64,000 bases of DNA from Vicugna vicugna (lineage: Eukaryota). Below are positions 50,690 to 63,689 of the stretch, in pieces. Made by a program: the position numbers and the translations under genes. Within the stretch, counting starts at the first letter, position 1, and each line of letters opens with the position of its first letter. The notes beneath the pieces were generated by a model. It did no database searches, had not been told where the DNA came from, and saw only the letters and a program-made list of their open reading frames with translations. The stretch spans positions 2,567,696 through 2,631,695 of the forward strand of contig MU058540.1 in the NCBI GenBank assembly GCA_013265495.1. The letters run 5' to 3'.

Positions 50690-50868
50690 GACAGCTGCGT
50701 AAGATGTGGTCCTTGGATGCATTTCCAGCAGCCATAGCAACACCCAGGAGTTTACTAGAGATGCAGAATCTCAGGCCCCACCCAGACCTACTGAATCAGA
50801 ACCTGCATTTCCATAAAGCTCCCAGGGGATTCATGTGCCCATGAAAATTTGAGACACCCTGGTCTAGG
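50690..50868. mobile_element. MER5A-like DNA transposon
   Basis: gatgcagaatctcaggccccacccagacctactgaatcagaacctgcattt. Confidence 0.7.
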
Positions 50869-53800
50869 ATACCAGGAATCCACGCTTGCTAGAATTGTAT
50901 CTATTAAAATAAGAGCCCAGAGACTCTCTTGTAAGTGAAGGACATGAACTTGAGCAGGGGCACAGAAGATCTGCTGGAGCTCCCCAGGGGCTCTTTCCCC
51001 TTTTACATCACCAGGGGGTTGCCGAGAGGTGTCATTCCTCTGCCTGTGACACCTGAAAGTCAGGGGTGGTGCTGTATATCTCTTCCTGTGGCTTAGTCGC
51101 AACTAGGAACTTTGAAAGTCAGTTTCAAAACACAAAGATATATCAGTCTCTCTACATCCAACAGTGGGAAGTTCACAGCTTTTTTCCAGAAATAAGTTCC
51201 TGGAAAGTGAGGAGACTCAGGACCAAGAACTAAGTCCTGTGTGTGAGGCCCTGTCTGATCATTAGTGGAGTCTCAGTTTCTCTGTCATCGAATGAGGCTG
51301 TGCTGGTGACCATCTCTAAACTGCCTCCTTTCAAAATCCCCTGAGTTTTCCCTGGAGGTTGCACCACCTCCTCCCAGACTTACTCCCTTGTGACCTCAGG
51401 CCGGGTCCTGCAAGTGGTCCTAGGGCCTGCATTGCCTTCATAGCTCCTGACTCTCCCTGACTTGGCCTCAGGCAGACCCTCATGGATGCAGACCAGAGGA
51501 GGGAGGAGGGATGTGCGAATCCCCCTTTACTCTCCACTTCCTCAGAGGGAAGCATGGTTGTGAATCTCCTTTTCTGAGTGGGGGGTTCTCTGCCGGAGCC
51601 CCTTGAACCCCACCCTCCATCCCAGGCCCCCTCCTGTCGCTGGACATGACAGTCATCTTCAGAGTGGACTTTCCACTGCTCTACTGCACATCTTTGTCAG
51701 GCCGATAAACAGGGAAAAGTAGGCTCTACAGGGAAGTGGCTTGTGTGCTTCACTTGGTGCCGACTCACAAGGCTAAGAAAGATTTGTTTTGTTGCTCACC
51801 TTCCTGCAGCGGAAAATCAGCCCTGATGATGAGAATGGAAGCTGGAGGTGGAGATGGGAATGGGGTGGGTGACTGGGAATAAATGTCAGAGAGATGCCAA
51901 CGATGGAAACCCAGTTTCCAGAAATGTAAGAAACGGGGCTGACATCGCCCCAGCCATCTGAAAGGTCAAACCCTCATTTTGGGTGTCAGCAGTTTGCTTA
52001 TTTGGGATGCTGTTGACAGGAAAATGAGTCATTTAGTGTACCTTATCTTTCAAGACTGTTATATATTTACCAAGGGCCAGAACTGTATTGTCTGAATATT
52101 TTCAGAAGTAAATATGAGTCATGGAATCTAAGATGAGAAATATAGAAGACGCTGTTGTATAGAAGGTCCTGTCTGTGACCCTGGACTCTCACCTCTACAC
52201 TCTGAAGGCGGGGAGATGCCAGATGCCAGCACCTGACTCTACTGGACTCAGCCGGTGCACAGGGCACCTTGGAAAGCTAGGAGTCAACACGCCTTGAAGC
52301 AGCCCTCATCCCATGATGGGTGGGAAGTGAGTGGATAAAGACCCAGCTTCCTTACCCCTGGGCTGGGGTAACTGTCCCCCACAAGTCCCCATTGGTTTTG
52401 AGCTCCAGTTGCTAATAGTGCTGCCTGGCCTGAGAGGACACTCTTGGATTTCCTTCTCCCTTCTGTGGGGAAGTATTTCAGAGTCTGCTTCTGGGGAAAT
52501 CTAACCCATAGCAACGGGATTAGAACTCAAAATAGGTCCTGATTGCCCTGCACCTTAAGTCGAGTAAACAAGAAACAGGCTGGGTCAAGAGGGGAGGAAA
52601 TTCATTAGAAAAGTGCAGGAAGACCTGGTGACTACCTCAGCGGGGCCCCACCGCAGGGAGCTTCAAAAGCTAAAAGGGTTGCGTAATTGTATTCTACAAG
52701 GTGGTGATTAAACTTGCTAAATCCCCACTTCCCCTCCTGTACCCTTTCAGCAACTGTGAGCTAGGAACCCAGCGGAAGGGAGGGGACTGAAGGTTACCTG
52801 ACCTTGGGCAGAACACACCTCCTGGGCCTCAGTTTCGCTTGGAATATGAGGGAGTTACCAAGGTGACATCCAGGGTCTCTACCAGTGTCAACCTTCTAGA
52901 ACTTGGTGAACCTGTGGTGGGTGGTCTGTGAATATGGGGGAGATGAGGGGGACAATCCAGAGGGCCCTGTGAGACCTGCAGAGAAACCTCCCTTTCTAGG
53001 TCTCTGTGTCCTCAGCTGCAACAAGGGGCCTGGATCAGATGACCTCTAGGGTCCTCAGCAACACCACTTGGGGACTTCAGGTCTGTCGCCAAAGTCCTGT
53101 TTTTCCTCATCACCACAGCTTGGGCCAGGAATGGAGCCCAAATCCTGCCCGCTGTGTAATCTGTGCCAAATATCTACTTGGAGCAGCCAGCCCTAAACCC
53201 CAAGCTACTGGGCAGGGTTGGTATTTGGACAAAAGGAAGCTCCCCGTGCCCTACCCAAATCACGCTGCTGTTCCATCTGCTGCTCTGAGGCACCAGGGCA
53301 TCCTCTACCTGGGGATCTCTCATCTCCCCACCTTCCCTCTAACCATGAAAGCACAGGCTCTTGTTCCCCATTAGAAGAATGCCAGGCAGTGGATGGCAGA
53401 GGCATTTGCAGGCAGCAAGGTCTTCCCAAGACCTGTGAAGACATACCTCACATTCCGCTCAATCCCATTACTGACTCAAAAGTCAGGTTGAGGCCAGAAA
53501 ATCAGAAGGGTGTGAAATTATAAAGCAGTGTTCCAGCCCCTGGACCAGCAGAACAGGATGTGGACTGGATGCTTTACAATGGGGTCAGATGCGCCTGCCC
53601 ATAGCTGCTCCAAGACCCCTGCCCAGGTTAAGGATCCCACCAGCCGTCAGTTCGCTGCCTGCCCTGTGATTTCCACAGCTTAGTAAGTGTTTCTAAAAAT
53701 CCCTTAGAAGGTTATCCGTAGAACCAGGATTTGGCCTTAGCATGGAGACCTTTGTGATCTTAAGCTTGTCACTCAGCTTTTCCATCTCTCAGCTCTGCCA

Positions 53801-54368
53801 CATAAACATTAATCTAAAGCCTAGTTATGAGTTTCCTCGGGCAAGAGCATTACTTAGGAAAATGAAATGAAAGGACGTGGCCAGTACGTTCCCCATGGTT
53901 ATCTTTGGGTGGATTTGATTGTTCTGTGTATTCTTATGCTTCTCTGTCATTTCCCAATTTTTGACAATAAGCATATGCTATTTTTGTAAGAACAAAAATT
54001 AAATATAATTATTTAAAAGAGGGTTCTACATACATACAACTGTTCACTGGTTCACCCTGTCTGATTTCCTCACTGGCAATGTCCTCAACAATTTGTCCTT
54101 AGGCTGGAAGGGACCCAATAGCTCATCCAGTCCCAACCCTCGTCTTACCAAGGAGGAGACTGCCTGCTCTCACACTAGGCCTTGTCAGCTGTATACCCTG
54201 CAGGAGAAGTCACACTGACCTCTTCTGACTTCCTCACCAAGGAAAGTTTAAAGAAAACCCAGCAGAGACAAAAGCAGATGGAGGGGAAGGCAATTCCTTA
54301 GATAAGAAGTTTATACATCAAGTTTATGTCCTTTAAGAATATTCGCCTTTCTCCTCCCCTCTACTCAC

Positions 54369-54504
54369 GGAGTCTTCCTGGCAGCCTGCAGATTCCCCTG
54401 TCACCTAGCAGGTTCACTCGAGCTTCATATCTGGCTTGGGCCTGGGTGCCAGGGGGCGGTGTGGCTGCCTTGGGACTCACAGGAGAACCAGCCAATGCTC
54501 CCTC
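54369..54504 (-). CDS. ETV7: ETV7 exon 2 (EGALAGSPVSP...VNLLGDRGICRLPGRL)
   Basis: Acceptor ctctctgtctctag, donor gtgagt, 136 nt; matches human EGELAISPISP...INLLGEGGICKLPGRL. Confidence 0.92.
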
Positions 54505-55962
54505 CTAGAGACAGAGAGAAAACCAGGGCAGTCAAAGATGAGCATCTTGGTGAAGGCTCAGTCATCCTTAAATGTATTAAGAATGTTTTTTCAAAGGGAG
54601 GAGTGTCCATCACCATGTCTGCCTGAAAGGTAGGAACCACATATATCTTCAGCTTGGTACAGTCAGCGTCTTATGCACAAGGGACACTTGATAAATTTCA
54701 TCTTTCTGATTCAAGTTTTTCATGCATCTGTCTGAGCCTACCAGAAGAAGGTTTCCCCGTCAAGACTTGACTTGTAAACTGGAAATCTGAGAGCCTAGAA
54801 ACCTTGGTGAGAGGACACAGGGAACCTGGGGGCCAGGATAAAAAAGACCTTAAATCAGAAACAAACAAACAAAAAATGCTATTTTCAAAAGAGAAAAAGA
54901 AAGAATAAATTTCAGAATCCCAAGTTCCAACCAAGGGAAGTCTGTATCTTTACATGTTATAATCAGCCTAGCCCCTAGAGGTGATTCGGTTCATTCATCA
55001 GGATGAGGGGATTAAAAAGTGACAGGATTTTGTAGATCCCTGGAACTCATGCCTAGCCACAGGCTGCCACATCCTGAAAAGTAAAAGTGAAACCAATTCC
55101 AGCAAGAGCCATTGTCTTACTCTGGGAATCTTTGAGAGCCTTGTGTTCATCTTTTGGTGTCTGAGGAGGGCAATGTGCAGCAAAAGACTCTGGATCTAGA
55201 GCCAGCAAGGCAAACTCCGGAAGCCATGGCCGCCACAGAGGAGGATTCGACAACTTTTGGGGTAGTTCCCACTGCATTTCTTGTCTGCCCCCAGCCCCCA
55301 TGTCTCAGGTGGTGCTGTTTCCCAGGTAACCCCACCTCAAAGATTGCCACCTGACAGAGGGGGCTTGCGAAGCTGGAGAAGGGGCTTAAGGCCTAGACTT
55401 GGCTCCCTGTCTACTCTTCCAAGTATGAGGAACAGGGAATCCCAGGCTGTGACTGCCTGGGAAATGCCAGCCAGGGAGCTCCAGACAGTTAGAGCTCTGG
55501 GTTTCAGCATGAAGGCCAGGGAGAGGTCTGATAAAATATGGTTGTGGGTGTGAATCTTGGAAAGAGAGAAGTGGAGGTGAGAAGGCGGCCCAGCTCTGGG
55601 GGGTTCTGAGGCTCTTGAAGAAATAAGGCAAATGTAGAAAGACCACTTAAGGAGGGGAGTCCCTACAGGGCTGCATTTGCCAGCTGTGAGGGTCTGGCTT
55701 GTGCAGGAACTACATCTGGTTGGCATAGGAGTGAGAAGAGGTATAGCGGAGCAGTATAGACACAGATGGGTTTCAAACAAAAAGTAAGGAGCTTGAAGTG
55801 AGTGAAGGAGAGTGAGAAGCGGTGAGGGATGGATAGTGAGGTGTGGGAATATATTGGAAAGCGATTCCAGCCAAGGTCTGATAAAATGGGTATGGGAATT
55901 GAGGTGGTGGAGGGCAGGTGGCTCCTTGTGCACGCTGCGTGCTCCGGCGGCCAGGCTCTTAC

Positions 55963-55968
55963 CTGCAT
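55963..55968 (-). CDS. ETV7: ETV7 exon 1, coding part (ATG CAG|gtaag)
   Basis: MQ start followed by a strong donor inside a CpG-rich region. The eight exons sum to 1026 nt (341 aa + stop), the recalled human length. Confidence 0.85.
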
Positions 55969-56181
55969 TACAGGTGAAGGTGAGGGAGCCACCCGCTGTC
56001 CGTGGTGAGCGCTCTGGTGGCTGCAGTTGCTGGGCTCTCCGGCGTTCTCAGGCCCTCCGCTAACTTTGCCCTCAAAACTGGAAGGTCGCGTGGGAGGAAA
56101 TCTCTTTCAAATTGCGCCTGGTGCTGCGCGCTCGGGTTCCCAGGCGAGCAGGCGCGCAGGGCGCTCCGGTAATTGCTATCC

Positions 56182-56203
56182 TTCCGGGAATCGAAAATGA
56201 AAG
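56182..56203. promoter_or_regulatory. Composite GAS (TTCCGGGAA) and IRF-E/ISRE-like (GAAAATGAAAG) element
   Basis: Both motifs read directly, 2 bp apart, ~220 bp upstream of the ATG; ETV7 is a known interferon-stimulated gene. Confidence 0.7.
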
Positions 56204-57252
56204 AGCGGGATCCGGCTTCCACTCCCGCCTGGGTCGTTTTACGGGAGGGAAGGGGCTGGCCCCTGCGGGAGCGGAGTCCCTGGGCGCTGTAGCTCGCCGG
56301 CTGGGAAGCGTCGGTCCTGCTCTCATCCTTTCGCAGAGGGACAGCCCCTCCCTCGCGAGGGCTGCCTGGCACTGGCTTCCAGGGGGACTGAGATGGGATT
56401 CTGCGAGACCTGGAGAGCCAAGGGAACCCCTAGTCCTGGGCTCGCGACAGCGACAGATCAATTTCATGTCACCCTTGTGCGTCTCCGCAGGTGGATAGGT
56501 GGGGGCCTCCTATACTGTCTACGTGAACCAGGTGCTTCTCCCCTTAGGGGTGTGAAGGTCCCAGCCCTGACCTGGCCTCGGCCTTTCCTTTGGCCCAGTG
56601 GACGCCCCACCACCCCAGGCCCGAGCACCACCATCAGAGAGGCTCTTCCTGACCTAAACCAGAGTGCTCAGTGGATCCTATGGCCACCTTTTCCCTGGCC
56701 TCTGGCAGCTCTAGGTGTGGTGCCCACCCCATCCCCCAATGTATACCTGCCTCAGTTCCCTCTGCCTTAAGGGGAAGCCAAGAATGTTTGTAAGCACTAC
56801 AGCAAATAAACATACACAGAGGAAAGGAAGCAAGAAAACAATAACCTGCCAAAAATCTGAAGGTGTAGATGCTGTAGGCTTGGCACTGATAAATCGTGAG
56901 CTCCTAGAAACCAGTAAGAACAAGACCAGAAACTCAACAGAAAAATGAGCAAAGGCTATGAATAGACAGTCCACATTAAAACAAGTTGCTGGTTGGCTCC
57001 TGAGCATAGAAAAAGATGCTCAGACTCGCCCATTATAAAAGATGTGTAAATTAAAGTTATTCTAAAAACAAAAATAAAGTTATTCTGAGATACCAATTTT
57101 AGCCCATTAATTTGGAAAACATTCAAACGTTTAATAACAATCTGCTGTAGAGGCTGCGGGGAACAGAGAACACTGGGCATATGGAGTGGCATAACCCCAT
57201 GGAGGGTAGGAGGGCAGGATCTAGCAAAGTCAAATGTATTTATCCTTCACTC

Positions 57253-57716
57253 TGTTATGGAAACGACAGGCCAGTCAAGAAACAAGCACCACTTGGAGGG
57301 TTGGAGTACTCAGCTGTATTACGCTGGCGGGCTCAGAGGGGCTTCTGCTCCGAAGCTCTGAGCACCTGCAAGACGTGCACGTGAGGTTTTATAGGGTAAA
57401 GTATAAGCTTGGGGTATTCGGCCAATAGGCATGGAACAGCTTTAGCAGCATTATCATCACAAAAGTGGAGGCGGGGAGGCAGCAGACCAACATTCCAAAG
57501 CCAGATATGTATCTTTGAAAATCCAGCTGGCTAGCAAAAAACCTGAACAGCAAACCAACACTAATTAGCCTAGATTTACAAGTTAGTCTAGCAGAACTCA
57601 GATCAGTATTCCAATACTTAGATTTGTGAGTTATCTTGTTAGCCCAGCCCAGCCTCTCCTTCACATTCCTAGACTTGTGAGTTATCTTGTTAGACCAGCC
57701 CGGTTTTTCCTTCACA
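57253..57716 (-). mobile_element. Solo ERV1-type LTR (464 bp) inserted in an L1 upstream of ETV7
   Basis: TG...CA termini; 4-bp TSD actc (57249-57252 and 57717-57720); minus-strand TATAAAA at 57393-57387; CCAAT near 57422; 51-bp-period duplication at the U3 end. Confidence 0.8.
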
Positions 57717-58247
57717 ACTCAGCAATCCCAACACTGGAAACATACTCAACAAATATACTGCACATATCCAAAATGTACGTGGTTATTTATTTCAACATGA
57801 CTTATAATGCTGAATGATTAGAAACAACCCAGGCATCCATTAAAAGGGAGCTGACAAGATAAATCACAGTACATCCATTTAGCAGAATCCTGTGCATGGT
57901 CTGACAGCGCTCTCTGTGGACTGTGGCAGGCTCTCCAAGAGGCAGTACAGCAGAGTGGTTAAGAGCCTGGACTCTCAGGACAGCCTGCCAGGCTTGGACA
58001 GTGACAGCTATGTCACTTACTGGCTGTATGCCCTTGAGCAACTTAGTTAACCTCCCTACTGCCTCTCTCTATTAGCAACGACCTCAGTTTCCTTAACAGT
58101 AAAATAGAGCTGATAATAATCCCTGTCTCATAAAGTTCTTCTGAAGACTAAATGGTTTAACATTTGTAAAACAACTAGAATAATGCCTGACCACCACCAT
58201 GCTAAGCAAAAAAATCAAAGTCTGTACCTTGCATATATTATACACTA

Positions 58248-58249
<2 letters not shown>

Positions 58250-58290
<41 letters not shown>
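58250..58290. repeat. (TG)~20 microsatellite
   Basis: Read directly from the sequence. Confidence 0.95.
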
Positions 58291-58291
<1 letters not shown>

Positions 58292-58700
58292 TGGTACTGG
58301 TACAAAGAAACTCTGGAAGGATATGTAACAAACTAATAAACATAATTGGGATTCAGGATAGAAAATAAGAGCAAGAATTTTCATTGCAAATCTTTTTATA
58401 CGATTTTGATTTTTTAACCTTATGAATAAATAAACTCAAAAATGTAAAAAATAAATAAGGAAGACATTTTAGGAACTGTTCCCTTCCAGGAAGTCAAAAC
58501 GTAGGTGATGATGGGACTAAATAGACATTGCCTGAGATGAATTTTTTAAATGGGGACATTTCCCTTTGGAAGGACAAAGATGATGCTACATACGATCCAA
58601 CTCTACAAAGTAATGAACCCATATGAGCAGGGACAAATGGAATTTCTCCATCAAAAAGGAAATTACGCACAGGTGTCTCATGCTCAATAAAATAACCATG

Positions 58701-58706
58701 TTTATT
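58701..58706 (-). terminator. PXT1: Candidate PXT1 polyadenylation signal AATAAA
   Basis: Minus-strand AATAAA ~600 nt downstream of the PXT1 stop, followed by a T-rich tract. Confidence 0.45.
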
Positions 58707-59312
58707 TCATTTTTTAAATTACTCATTTTTAAATAACACTTTTCCTACAAAGAACTCAAAATGCATATACAAACTTATACAACTTTCTTGATACTTGTAC
58801 TTCTTAAGGAGGGGAGGGAGGCAATATGAGGTAGACAGGAAGGTAAAAGGAGGACGGGGCACTGCAGACCTGGACATGGGCAACAGGAGTGGGGCCAACA
58901 GTCACTAGAGGGCCTGGTACCCAGGGAGGGGGCCCAGGAGAAAGCACCCATTTCTGTCTGTGACCTCTGGTTTGGGGATGAGGTTGTTTCACTCATGGAA
59001 GGAAACGCTGAAGGTTTCCTTACAAGGAGCGCTGGGACATCCACAGCGCTGGTGTTTTCTAAGCAGCACGACCTCCTGGATTCCTAAGCTCCTCAGGCTC
59101 TACCATGAGGCCATCACAGACGTCTCCTCTCTGGTTGCCCTGAACAGACGAATGGCCAGTGAGTCCGCAGTTCTCCAACAAACCAGGCATAAAACAACAG
59201 TGGTGGGTGGAAAGAGAGGGAGGTGGAGAAGGGTCTTCTTCCCATCCGCCCTGGTGCATTCATGTTTTGTCAAAGGGTAGAAGGAAAGCAGAACCTGACA
59301 TTTACATTCCTT

Positions 59313-59417
59313 TTACATCAAATGGTTATTCCAGAGAAAGCGCAGCAACACGTGAACTCCTCCAAAGAAAACTAAGACATAATGAGCGAGGAGAGCTCTG
59401 CCTTCCTGTTGAAAATC
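59313..59417 (-). CDS. PXT1: PXT1 terminal coding exon (DFQQEGRALLAHYVLVFFGGVHVLLRFLWNNHLM*)
   Basis: Matches recalled human PXT1 C-terminus DLQQDGRDALDHFVFFFFRRVQVLLHFFWNNHLL; (CT)n tract and aag acceptor; correct syntenic position upstream of ETV7. Too short to appear in the ORF track. Confidence 0.88.
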   Translation of the reverse strand, partial: DFQQEGRALLAHYVLVFFGGVHVLLRFLWNNHLM

Positions 59418-61639
59418 CTTTTTTAAAGAGAGAGAGAGAGAGGTTAATTTTCTTTTTAAGCGATAAAATAATCCAAAATTAGAAATTCAGTATTAATTCA
59501 ATCAACACCACAAACAAGCTTCTTGGGCTGCTTTATAACGTGTGTGAGTGAAAGAATCTCTCGGTCTGTTCGATTATGTCCATACCCTCCCCACCACCTT
59601 GGGAAGTTTTCTTTTGGACATGTTTTCCCGTCTTCACCATCAGCAAATTGGGACACACTTTTCAGGGTTAATAACCTCTTCCTCTGGCTTCCGAGAGCAT
59701 TCTTAGTCCTCTCAAAGAAGCAAGGAAGTCTGCTTGATATCTAGGGGTAGGAAGAAAAAACGAGCACAGCAGGTTTACGGAGTCAAAAGTAAACCCCATT
59801 GTTTATATGGGAACATCAGGAGAAGCTCCGGGTCAGACACAAAGGGCTTCCCTGGCCCTGCCCTCCTCTTGCAGTCTGTTCTCAACACTGAGCCTCCCAG
59901 ACTGTTGAGATGTGGCCCCTCTGCTCTGCTCTCCAACGGCTCAGCCTCACTTAGAACACCCTTATGGTGACTGCAAGGCCTTACCCACCACCCACCTCTC
60001 ACCATACCTTCACTGCTTTCCCCCTTACTCAGCTTCAGCCACCCTGGCCTCCTTGCTATTCTTCAAACATGCCAGACATGCTCCTGCCTCACAGTCTGTT
60101 TTCTACCTGCGTCCACTGCTCTCCCCGATATCCACGGCCCCTTCCCTACCTCTGTCAAAGTGTTGCTCAGAAGGCATCTCAGTGAGGCTTTCCCTTAAAA
60201 TTTCAAATCCCCCAACACTCCTCATCCTTTCCCTTGCTTTATTTTTCTCCAAAATATTTATCACTGTCTGATAAACTGTAGTCTTTATTTGTTCGTTTAT
60301 TGTTTGGCTCCATGAGGTCAGGGAGTTTGTCTCTTTTGATAACTGCCTGACACATAATAGGTGTTGACTGAATGCATGATAAACCATAAGCAGCAGGCCA
60401 AGGAACTGAGACCTTGTCCTGTTAGTAACTGGAAATCTCGAAAGGACTTTTTTCCCTTTTCATAGTTGATACCAGTTAGAAAAACCAAATGAACTTCCTT
60501 CCAGCGAGGCAGATGGAAAAAATGTACAGAGCACTGAGTCAGGCGTTCATATATTTAAATTCTGGTTTTGCCACTTAGTTGTTGAGTGACCGTAGGTTAT
60601 CTAATCTCTCTGAACCTCAGATGCTTCTCCTGAAATACTTATTCCACTAATTCATAGGGTTATTAGGAAAATTAAATGAAACATGTGAAAGTATCTCAGA
60701 GTACCTAGAAGAAAGTGTTTAATAAATGTTAGTTTCTCCCTCCCACCCCTAGCTTTCTAACAAACTAAGAAATTCCCTGAACATTACTGTCAGGGTCCTA
60801 GAGAAAACAGATGGCACATGCAAATTAGGATCATTCAGGGAGGACTAGATAAAGACACTATCTAAGAAGTGGGGGAGAGGGGAGGCCCAAGGGTGGTGCA
60901 ACAGTGGGGCTGATAACAGCAGAGTTGTTACCACTCCTAGGCCTGTAGGGACAGGGAGGGGCCAGCTTCTAGAACCCAGGAGAGACACCTGTGGGGAAAA
61001 GTTTCAAAGGCACATTTAAGATCCTAAAAGCAATGGGAAGACTAACTATTTTAAAACACACTGTATCTAGGAAAATTACATGCCCCAGATTAAACAAACA
61101 AACAAACAAAACAAGTCCTCGAACACAAATCCCTCAAAACTAAATGGCAAAATAGAAGATGTTATTTTGAGAATCAAGGCCAGTTTGAAAACACGGGAAC
61201 ACTTGCTTAAGTGAAAAGAATTAAAAAGTCAAGCTATGTGGTAGCTCAAGGACAATCAATTCAGCAGATGAAAATAGACCTTGGTGAACTCCCTGCTAGG
61301 GAGTTCCAAGAGCAAGAATAAAAGTTTATTTAAATACATCAAAAGCAGGAAGCTTTTTGGAGAATCAATGTGACCATTTGATTAAACCGAGTACAAAAGG
61401 TGAGTAAATGACTATATAGGAAAGAAATATACCATGCCAGACTTGAAATTCTCTTAAAGTTGCTTGATTTAAGCCTTAAAACAGCAGAATAAAGCCTTTA
61501 GCATTTTAGAGCCAAACTAGGAGGAATTTTAAATATTATTTTAAAAATATTCTGTGGTCTGTTTAAAGTATTCTAGAATGCAATATTTTAAAGTATCCTA
61601 GAAGACAACTTTTAAAAGTCTAGGTCAAAGCTAGCTTTG

Positions 61640-62512
61640 TAAAATGCTGCAAGAAAGCTAGGGCAGGCATAAGAATAGACATGTAGATCAATGGAATAGT
61701 ACTGAGGGTCCAGAAATAAACCCAAACATTTATAGTCAGCTGATTTTTGACAAGGGTGCCAAGGCAATTCAATAGGGAAGAGGAAGAGTAGTCTTTTTAA
61801 CAGATGGTACTGTGACAACTGGATACCCATATGGAAAAGAATGAAGATGAACTTTTAACTCACACCATGTACAAAAATTAACTCCATGGGTCAAAGACCT
61901 AAATTTCAGAGCTAAAACTCTAAATCTCTTAGAAAGAAACATAGGTATAAATCTTCATATCTTTGGATTAGGCAATGCTTTCTTAGATGTGACCCCAAAA
62001 GCACTAGCAACAAAAGAAAAAAATAAATTGAAATTCATCAAAATTTAAAACGTTTTCACTTCAGCAAACACCATGAAGAAAGTGAAAGACAAGAAGAGAA
62101 GCACAACATTAACCATCGGGGAAGTGCAGATCAAAACCACAGTGACATTTTGCTTCACAGCTGCTCGGCTGGCTACAATCAGACAGTTAGCAACAAATGT
62201 TGACAAGGATGTGGAGAAATGGAACCCTCATACCCTGCTGGTGGGCCACAGTGTAAAATGGCACAGCCACTCTGGAAAACAGCCTGGAAGTTCCTCAAAA
62301 AGTTAAACATAAAGTTATCATATGACTCAGCAATTCCACTCTGAGATATGTACCCAAAAGAACTAAAAATGTATGACTACACAAAAATTTCTACACAAGT
62401 GTTTACAGCATCATTATTCATAATAGTCAAAAAGTGGAAACAACCCAAACGTTCATCAGTTGATAAGTGGATAAACAAAGTGTGATATATACATACAATG
62501 GAATATTATATA
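61640..62512 (+). mobile_element. L1 (L1MB/L1M-type) ORF2 3' fragment in PXT1 intron
   Basis: gatcaatggaatagtactgagggtccagaaataaaccc...tttgacaagggtgccaagg...ggaagttcctcaaaaagttaaacataaagttatcatatgactcagcaattccactc. Confidence 0.75.
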
Positions 62513-63689
62513 CTGTTTAAATAAGTGAGTTTGTTTTCTCTTTCAGTGGGTCGGACTCTGTTCTAACTGATTAACATAGATTATCTCGTTTGAAGTTCAC
62601 AAACACCTCCTCTCTGCACCTCAGCTAGGCTTCATTCTAAATGCAAATCAGCTCATGGCACTCTCCTGCCTTTCCTCCCCAGAAGCTTCCCTTGTACTTA
62701 AGGTAAAACCCAAACACCTTATCACTCCCTCTAAGACAGAGGCCAACTCCTGGATCTCAACTCACTCCGTTGCAGCCATTCTGGCCTCCTTGCTGTTCGT
62801 TAAGTCTGTTCCTATCCCAAGAGCTTTCACTCCCAGGTCCCTTTGTCTGGAACAATTTTCCCCAGCTTTTCTCATGGCTCGCTCCCTCCTTTCCAGTCTT
62901 TGCTCCAATACCACCTCCTCAGAGAGACCTTCCCTGATCACCTACCCAAAGTCACTCCCCATCACTCAGTATCCTCAGTTCTTCTTTGAACCCACATTGC
63001 TGTCTGACTAGGCTAGAGTCTGGTATCTGCTTTACCGTTTGTCTCCCTTCTACATTGTGAATCCTAGGAGAGCAAGCTCATCTTCCATCCTGCTCTCTGC
63101 TCTAGTTGCCTGGAACTGAGTCTGGCATGTGTAAAGCACTCAAAAATATTTTGTTTGTGTGAAGTTGCTCTATCGACATTTTATTTGATTTTGTTTGCTT
63201 CCTTCTTACTTTTAGTAACGTTATTTGTGGGGATCTTCTGTCCTTGTTTTGTATCAGGGAACGTTTTCTTTGAGTGAATGCCTGAGTATTGCCACATTTG
63301 GACCAGAGCCTAGAAGAGGACTTGGCACACTTGAAGCCAGCATGATGGCAGCAGCTGTGATGAACAAGAAAGCACCACAGGTACCTGTTCTGCGATGAAT
63401 TTAAGGGCAGGAAGTTGGGCTCAGAAGGGCAGCCGCCCCTCCTACCTCAGGGTCCCATGTGCTCATTCTCTCTCCACTGCCAAGCCCAGGTTGTTCTGGA
63501 AGAAAACTAAGCTGACTGCAGATTTCATTACCCCTAAGATTTCAAACAGTAATCATTATTCTTTCCTGTTTCCCTAATTATCTCTCACAATAATCAGGAG
63601 AAACAAATTAGGAGTCAGGCCTAGATAGTAACCTCTGGGTTGGTTCAAGGAGGTTAAGCACAATCTAAGGCAAAGGGTCTCCTCCCTGA

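Larger units (their letters stand above)
55900..56490 (-). promoter_or_regulatory. ETV7: ETV7 CpG-rich promoter / exon 1 region
   Basis: Local CpG enrichment around the first coding exon. Confidence 0.75.
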
